This document shows, piece by piece, positions 58,513 through 64,000 of a stretch of DNA of 64,000 nucleotides. Within the stretch, counting starts at the first letter, position 1, and the number at the start of each line of letters is the position of its first letter. A program made the position numbers and the translations under genes. Origin of the DNA: Candidatus Cloacimonadales bacterium (GTDB lineage Bacteria; Cloacimonadota; Cloacimonadia; Cloacimonadales; JAFGVF01); NCBI GenBank assembly GCA_963678315.1, contig OY782781.1, forward strand, positions 1,728,001 through 1,792,000, given 5' to 3'. The notes below the pieces were generated by a model. That model did no database searches and was not told where the DNA came from. It was given only the letters and a program-made list of their open reading frames with translations.

Positions 58513-60639
58513 ATGCCTTTTTGTATGGAGTGTGGATTTAAATATCCAGATAGCGCTAAGTTTTGTCCGGAGTGTGGAGCTCCTAATCATAAACTGAATA
58601 ATCCTGACTCTGATGAATCTAATAAGGTTAATAAAGCGGGATTACAGTTTAAGACAGATGTCTCAGGGAGTGGACGATATGGTTTAGACATACGTGATCT
58701 TCCTCAAGGAACACAACTTGAAAATGGGCGTTACACAATTTTATCAAAGTTAGGTGAAGGTGGCTTTGGAGTAGTTTACAAGGCATCGGATGATAATTAT
58801 GATGGTGAGTTAAAGGCACTGAAAGTAATTTACAGCGAGAACTATAGTGATAGATTGGTAATGCACAAGCTAAAAGCAGAAGCCAAGAATATGATTAAGG
58901 TAAATCATCCTCATGTAGTTCGCTTGTTTGATATTCATTTCAATGGTCAGGTTAAATTCCTTGATATGGAATATGTTGATGGAGGAGATTTAACAGGCTT
59001 AATGCTTGAATGTCCTGATTACAAGATTCCAGAAGAGAAAGTATGGGCATTAGCAAAAGGTATTGCTGAAGGTATGTTAGCTATTCATGAACAGAAGCTT
59101 ATTCATCAAGATCTTAAGCCTGAGAACATTTTGCTTAGCAAAGATGGGAAAGCTAAGATTACAGATTTCGGTATATCAGAGCATTTTAGAACTTCTAAGT
59201 CTAGAATAGAAAATAATGATGTAAAAGGGACTTATGTTTATGCTTCTCCAGAACAGTTAATAGGCAAAAATGTGGGAAAAGAGTCTGATGTTTGGTCTTT
59301 TGCTACTACCCTGTATCATATTCTGACAGGTAAAACTCTATATAGTGGACAGACTAGCGGGGATGTATTACTGCAAATAGAACGTAAGATTGTCGGAACT
59401 ATTTTTGGTATTTCAGAGGATATGAATAACTTGCTAGTGAAATGCCTTAAAATTAATTATTCAGAACGGTTGAAAGATTTTGACCAAGTCCTAAAGCTGA
59501 TAGCAGAACATTCTACAGAAAAGACTAAAACCGAAAAAAAGTCAATAAGTGAAATACCACTACCAAAATATGAAAAGAAAGATAACCCTTTCAGTCTTAA
59601 CCAACTCTCAGTAACTGCAAAGCCAGTTAATAATTATCCTAAAGCAAGTAACAATACAAATCAAGAGAAAAGTTCATTTATCAAGTATTTTGCAATTATC
59701 TTATTGATTGTTGGTTTAGCAGGAATAATCTATTATAGCTGGGGTGAACAAATAAAAAATAAAATCCAAAAAATTGCTACACAAAAGCAAGATACATTGG
59801 AAGTAATAGCAACAAATGAACAAGCCAAAGTAAAAGCTAGTAAAAATAGTGCTATAGCTATCTCAGGTCCGGTTAAACAAAAAACTAAAGCAAAAGTTAG
59901 TCAAAAGAAGGTCCCTATTGCAAAGAATATGGTCTTTGTTAAAGGGGGAACATTCTCCATGGGAAGTAATGATGGTGAAGATGACGAAAAGCCAGTTCAT
60001 AAGGTCAAAGTCAGCAATTTCTATATTGGTAAGCATGAAGTTAGTCAAGCAGACTACAAGAAAGTGATGAATGTTAATCCTTCACATTTTAAAAATGATA
60101 ATCACCCAGTTGAATTTGTCAGCTTCTATGATGCTATCAAATATTGTAATATGAGAAGCGAGAAAGAAGGCTTAACTCCATGCTATTATGGAGCTGAAGA
60201 CAATATTAAATGGAATAAAGACGCAAATGGATATAGACTGCCCACTGAGGCAGAATGGGAGTATGCTGCAAGAGGTGGTTCAAAATCAAAAGGCTTCATC
60301 TATTCAGGCAGTAATAAGCTTGAAGAAGTAGCATGGTTTGAAAGTAACGCAGATGATTCAACAAAACCGATAGGTAAGAAAAAAGCTAATGAACTAGGTA
60401 TTTATGACATGAGTGGAAATGTCTGGGAATGGTGCTTTGATTATTATGATGGTGCTTTCTATAGGAATAAGATAAAAACTAATCCGGTAAATACAACCAT
60501 AAATAAATATGCTGTTATAAGAGGTGGTTGTTGGAACTATTATGTCCAAGATTTATATAAGGTTTCTAATAGAGATTATTATAGTCGAACAAGTACAAGT
60601 TCTATTTGTGGATTTAGACTTGTTAGATCCAAAGAATAG
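58513..60639 (+). CDS. Zinc ribbon-Ser/Thr kinase-TM-FGE/SUMF1 domain receptor kinase 2
   Basis: Tandem paralog of 56165-58195 with the same motifs. Confidence 0.95.
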   Translation: MPFCMECGFKYPDSAKFCPECGAPNHKLNNPDSDESNKVNKAGLQFKTDVSGSGRYGLDIRDLPQGTQLENGRYTILSKLGEGGFGVVYKASDDNYDGELKALKVIYSENYSDRLVMHKLKAEAKNMIKVNHPHVVRLFDIHFNGQVKFLDMEYVDGGDLTGLMLECPDYKIPEEKVWALAKGIAEGMLAIHEQKLIHQDLKPENILLSKDGKAKITDFGISEHFRTSKSRIENNDVKGTYVYASPEQLIGKNVGKESDVWSFATTLYHILTGKTLYSGQTSGDVLLQIERKIVGTIFGISEDMNNLLVKCLKINYSERLKDFDQVLKLIAEHSTEKTKTEKKSISEIPLPKYEKKDNPFSLNQLSVTAKPVNNYPKASNNTNQEKSSFIKYFAIILLIVGLAGIIYYSWGEQIKNKIQKIATQKQDTLEVIATNEQAKVKASKNSAIAISGPVKQKTKAKVSQKKVPIAKNMVFVKGGTFSMGSNDGEDDEKPVHKVKVSNFYIGKHEVSQADYKKVMNVNPSHFKNDNHPVEFVSFYDAIKYCNMRSEKEGLTPCYYGAEDNIKWNKDANGYRLPTEAEWEYAARGGSKSKGFIYSGSNKLEEVAWFESNADDSTKPIGKKKANELGIYDMSGNVWEWCFDYYDGAFYRNKIKTNPVNTTINKYAVIRGGCWNYYVQDLYKVSNRDYYSRTSTSSICGFRLVRSKE

Positions 60640-60891
60640 GATAAATTCTTAAAACATTTGTAAAATAAATATCGACTTTAAGCTAAGTGTTCTAGTTGAT
60701 TTGTATAATAAGCCTTAGCAGAAAGTATTTTTGCAATAATATCATAGCTACATTCATAAATTTAATAGTAATATCTTGCTTGAAAAAGATTTATTAGCAA
60801 TTAGTTAGGTCTGTGTAGCATAAACAATTTGACAAATCAGGACAATACACAGAATTGACTTTTTAAAAACTTAAAACAAAGGTAACATGAA

Positions 60892-62238
60892 ATGAGAGAT
60901 ATATTAGTAGCAATTGTTGGTAGACCAAATGTTGGTAAGTCAACATTATTTAATAGATTATGTAAGCAAAGAAAAGCTATCATAGATTTTGAAGAAGGTA
61001 TCACACGTGACAGAAAATATGCAGATGTTGAGTGGGATGGAAAGAAATTTAGGATAGTGGATACAGGTGGTCTTGTATTTAATTCAGGTGATAGAATGGA
61101 TGATCACATCAAATTGCAGGCTGAGATTGCTATTGCAGAAGCTGATTACATATTATTTATGGTCGATGCAAAAACAGGTATAACTGATTTTGATCAAAGA
61201 ATTGCAAGAATGCTAAGACCAATGCAAGAAAAAACAATGCTCTTAGTCAATAAGGTCGATAATGAAAAAGATGAACTTGAAGTTTATGATTTCATGAGGC
61301 TTGGATATGGGGAGCCAATGATTATTTCTGCTAATTCAGGTAGAAATTCTGGAACATTCATGGATAATTTAGTTTCAAGAATACCAGCAAGAGATGTTGA
61401 TGATTTTGAAGAATTAGTAGATACAAGTATCAAAGTTGCTATAGTAGGTAAACCTAATGTAGGTAAGTCTTCTATTACTAATAGATTAATCGGTCAAGAT
61501 ACAGTAATTGTTACTGATATACCAGGAACTACCAGAGATGCTATTGACTCAAAAATTAAATATCATGGCGAAGAGATAACAATAATTGACACAGCTGGAT
61601 TACGTAAGAAAACCAGAGTAAAATATGGTGTTGAATATTTCAGTGCTATGAGAACAATTGATACAATCGATAGGGCAGATGTTGTACTATTAGTAGTTTC
61701 TGCAGATGAAGCTATTTCTCTACAAGAAAAGAAGATTGCTTCATATATAAAACGTCATTATAAGAATGTTATTATTGTTGTAAACAAATGGGATTTGCCT
61801 GAAAAGGATAATAGCACTCATAAAGAATTTAGTGTAGAAATTAAAGAAGAACTGCAATTTATTAAATATGCTCCGATAATTTTTGTATCAGCATTGACTG
61901 GTCAAAGAATATCAAAATTAATGGATTTGATTTTATCAGTAAAAGAAGAATCAGAAAGAAGAATACCTACATCAGGTTTGAATGATTTTGTAAAAGAAGT
62001 TATCGATAGACGTCCACCTTCTCATAAGACTGGTGCATTGTTGAAAATATATTACATAACTCAACCTGATACTGATCCTCCAACATTTGTATTCTTCTGT
62101 AATAGTCCTAAAAAAATATCTGAAGATTATAAGAGATTTTTACACAATCAAATTAGAAAGAGATTTAAGTTTGAGGGAGCTACTATTAAAATGATTTTCA
62201 AAGGTAAGTTACCTGAGGATGAAGATGTTATTTATTAG
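60892..62238 (+). CDS. der: Ribosome biogenesis GTPase Der (EngA)
   Basis: Two G domains (GRPNVGKS, GKPNVGKS), DTGG/DTAG, NKVD/NKWD, KH-like C-terminus. Confidence 0.98.
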   Translation: MRDILVAIVGRPNVGKSTLFNRLCKQRKAIIDFEEGITRDRKYADVEWDGKKFRIVDTGGLVFNSGDRMDDHIKLQAEIAIAEADYILFMVDAKTGITDFDQRIARMLRPMQEKTMLLVNKVDNEKDELEVYDFMRLGYGEPMIISANSGRNSGTFMDNLVSRIPARDVDDFEELVDTSIKVAIVGKPNVGKSSITNRLIGQDTVIVTDIPGTTRDAIDSKIKYHGEEITIIDTAGLRKKTRVKYGVEYFSAMRTIDTIDRADVVLLVVSADEAISLQEKKIASYIKRHYKNVIIVVNKWDLPEKDNSTHKEFSVEIKEELQFIKYAPIIFVSALTGQRISKLMDLILSVKEESERRIPTSGLNDFVKEVIDRRPPSHKTGALLKIYYITQPDTDPPTFVFFCNSPKKISEDYKRFLHNQIRKRFKFEGATIKMIFKGKLPEDEDVIY

Positions 62239-62851
62239 TCTAGCATACCTGTGTGCTTATTTGTTGGGAGGTATTCCCAATAGTTACATAGCAGGACGAC
62301 TTCGTGGTCTTGACATAAGAGAACATGGGTCTGGAAATGTTGGAGCTACGAATGCCTTGAGAGTTTTAGGAACAAAAACAGGAGTGATTGTTATGTTGCT
62401 AGATGCTTTTAAGGGTATTTTAGCAATATTACTTGGCATATATTTAATTAAGCTAGATGGTATAGAGCTTAGTCAGGTTCATGAAATAACTTTAGGGTTA
62501 ACCGCTATTTTAGGTCATGTTTTTTCAATCTATTTGAAGTTCAAGGGAGGTAAAGGGGTTGCCACTGCTGCAGGTGTTTATGGCTTTTTGACACCTTACT
62601 CTTTCCTAGTAGCTTTAGGGGTTTTTATATTAGTTGTCTGGAAAAGTAGATATGTATCATTGGGTTCAATCTTAGCAGCAACATCATTACTAATAGCTGA
62701 GTTTGTTAGGAACTATATGATTGATTTCAAGGATATATATATACTCTGCTTTACTGCTTTGATATGTTTCTTTATAATTATAAAACATAAAGCAAATATA
62801 GCTAGATTATTAAAAGGTAATGAGAATAAATTAGAATTTAAGAAAAAATAA
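62219..62851 (+). CDS. plsY: Glycerol-3-phosphate acyltransferase PlsY
   Basis: GSGNVGATNALR, GH.FS...FKGGKGVAT, HKANI.RL..G.E motifs. Confidence 0.97.
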   Translation: MKMLFISLAYLCAYLLGGIPNSYIAGRLRGLDIREHGSGNVGATNALRVLGTKTGVIVMLLDAFKGILAILLGIYLIKLDGIELSQVHEITLGLTAILGHVFSIYLKFKGGKGVATAAGVYGFLTPYSFLVALGVFILVVWKSRYVSLGSILAATSLLIAEFVRNYMIDFKDIYILCFTALICFFIIIKHKANIARLLKGNENKLEFKKK

Positions 62852-62874
62852 GATAAATATCAGGAGTTTTTAAG

Positions 62875-64000
62875 ATGTGTGGAATTATTGGTGTTTTTAA
62901 CCATATGAAGGCTGCAGAGTTAGCAGCATTAGGAATGTTTGCTGAACAACACCGTGGTCAAGAAAGTTGCGGTATGGCTGTTTCCAATGGGAAAGTTTTT
63001 TCATTAAGAAAAAAAATGGGATTAGTGAAACAAGTATTCAAACCAGAAATCCTAGAAAAGATGGAAGGAAAGTTAGCAATAGGACATGTTCGCTATCCAA
63101 CCAAAGGTTCAGCAACAGATTATAATTCACAACCACATACAGTTGAATCATTGTATGGAGCAACTTATGCTTTGGCTAGTAACGGTGATGTAGTTAATTA
63201 TTATGAAGTTAAAGAAGAATTAGAAAGTAAGGGTGTTTATTTTAAGAGTCAAAATGATGGTGAGTTAATCTTAAAATATATAATATATAAAATTCAAAAC
63301 GAAGGTCATTCCATTGTTGAAGCAATAAAAGCAATGATGAAGAGAATTAAGGGTGCTTTTTCAACTGTATTGGCAACTCCAGACAAAATGTATATGATTA
63401 GAGATCCTTATGCCTTAAGACCTATGGTATGGGGAAAAATGGAAGATGGTTCTGTTGTTGTGGCATCTGAATCATGTGCTTTAGATATTTTAGGAGTAAA
63501 AAACAGATTAGAAGTTCCACCTGCGGGCATTATTCAAGTTACAGAAAGAGATGTAAAAATATTTGATAATAATCCTGACGATTATAGATTCTATAAAGAA
63601 GACAAACACTGTATCTTTGAACTAATATATTTTTCAAGACCAGATAGTTTCCATTTCAATGAAAATGTCTATGATGTAAGAGAAAAGATTGGGGCATCTT
63701 TAGCGAAAGGTGATGATTTCTGCCCAGATGTAGTTGTGCCAGTACCAGATTCAGCTAACTTTATGGCTGTTGGATACTCAAAAGAGAAGGGCTGCGATTT
63801 TAGTATGGGCTTGTTACGTAATCATTATGTTGGAAGAACTTTTATAAAACCTGAGCAAACAATTAGAGATGAATCAGTTTCACAGAAGTTTTCTACCTTA
63901 CCTAACTTCTTTAAAGACAAAAAGGTTGTACTTATAGATGATTCAATTGTTAGGGGAACAACAATCAAAAAAATAGTTAACATGATTAAAAAAGCCGGAG
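62875..64000 (+). CDS. purF: Amidophosphoribosyltransferase (3'-truncated by the window edge; absent from the ORF track)
   Basis: Manual translation: MCGIIG, QHRGQESCG, GHVRYPT, ASESCALD, YFSRPDS, PVPDS, RNHYVGRTFIKP, LIDDSIVRGTT; RBS AGGAG. Confidence 0.96.
   Translation, partial: MCGIIGVFNHMKAAELAALGMFAEQHRGQESCGMAVSNGKVFSLRKKMGLVKQVFKPEILEKMEGKLAIGHVRYPTKGSATDYNSQPHTVESLYGATYALASNGDVVNYYEVKEELESKGVYFKSQNDGELILKYIIYKIQNEGHSIVEAIKAMMKRIKGAFSTVLATPDKMYMIRDPYALRPMVWGKMEDGSVVVASESCALDILGVKNRLEVPPAGIIQVTERDVKIFDNNPDDYRFYKEDKHCIFELIYFSRPDSFHFNENVYDVREKIGASLAKGDDFCPDVVVPVPDSANFMAVGYSKEKGCDFSMGLLRNHYVGRTFIKPEQTIRDESVSQKFSTLPNFFKDKKVVLIDDSIVRGTTIKKIVNMIKKAG

Noticed and set aside
128..60048. Numerous 60-115 aa ORFs antisense or out-of-frame within long genes
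   Set aside because: Shadow ORFs fully overlapping well-supported CDSs
56165..60639. Complete DGR cassette, or true formylglycine-generating enzymes
   Set aside because: No RT, Avd or template repeat seen in the window; domains are kinase-fused and extracytoplasmic with no sulfatase nearby
55505..60800. Integrative element or prophage at tRNA-Leu
   Set aside because: No integrase and no duplicated tRNA 3' end seen downstream

Overview
AT-rich bacterial chromosome segment. The T9SS-type C-terminal domain, the lipoproteins and the large secreted PKD/beta-helix proteins suggest FCB group, most like Cloacimonadota (inference). Housekeeping blocks: pheT-zapB-like-zapA-6S RNA-rny-ymdB-folD; Gx transporter-PBP1A-GT2-GlmU-like-ricT-rlmN-deoC-tandem thyX; ridA-pduO-gpmA; rph-trpS-secG-tRNA-Leu; der-plsY-purF (runs off the window). 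Accessory blocks lie between them, often bordered by clusters of REP-like palindromes. They include two giant secreted proteins flanking a double-cyclase/STAND/TPR protein, a five-gene Rnf/Nqr hybrid with no nqrA/rnfC followed by a class II photolyase, and a CsgG/LpoB-like + lipoprotein + FHA + PP2C operon. They also include a CarH-type B12 domain + globin-like protein + soluble histidine kinase operon, and two tandem zinc-ribbon/Ser-Thr kinase/TM/FGE receptors. Best leads: (1) a candidate split B12/bilin photosensor wired to a histidine kinase; (2) a tRNA-Leu with an AAG (A34) anticodon, rare in bacteria; (3) the Nqr/Rnf hybrid lacking its acceptor-side subunit; (4) a DGR-like variable-region signature in one receptor kinase; (5) a composite repeat element with a variable-number heptamer array. 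No CRISPR array, transposase, integrase or reverse transcriptase was found. All calls come from reading motifs by eye; no database searches were run.
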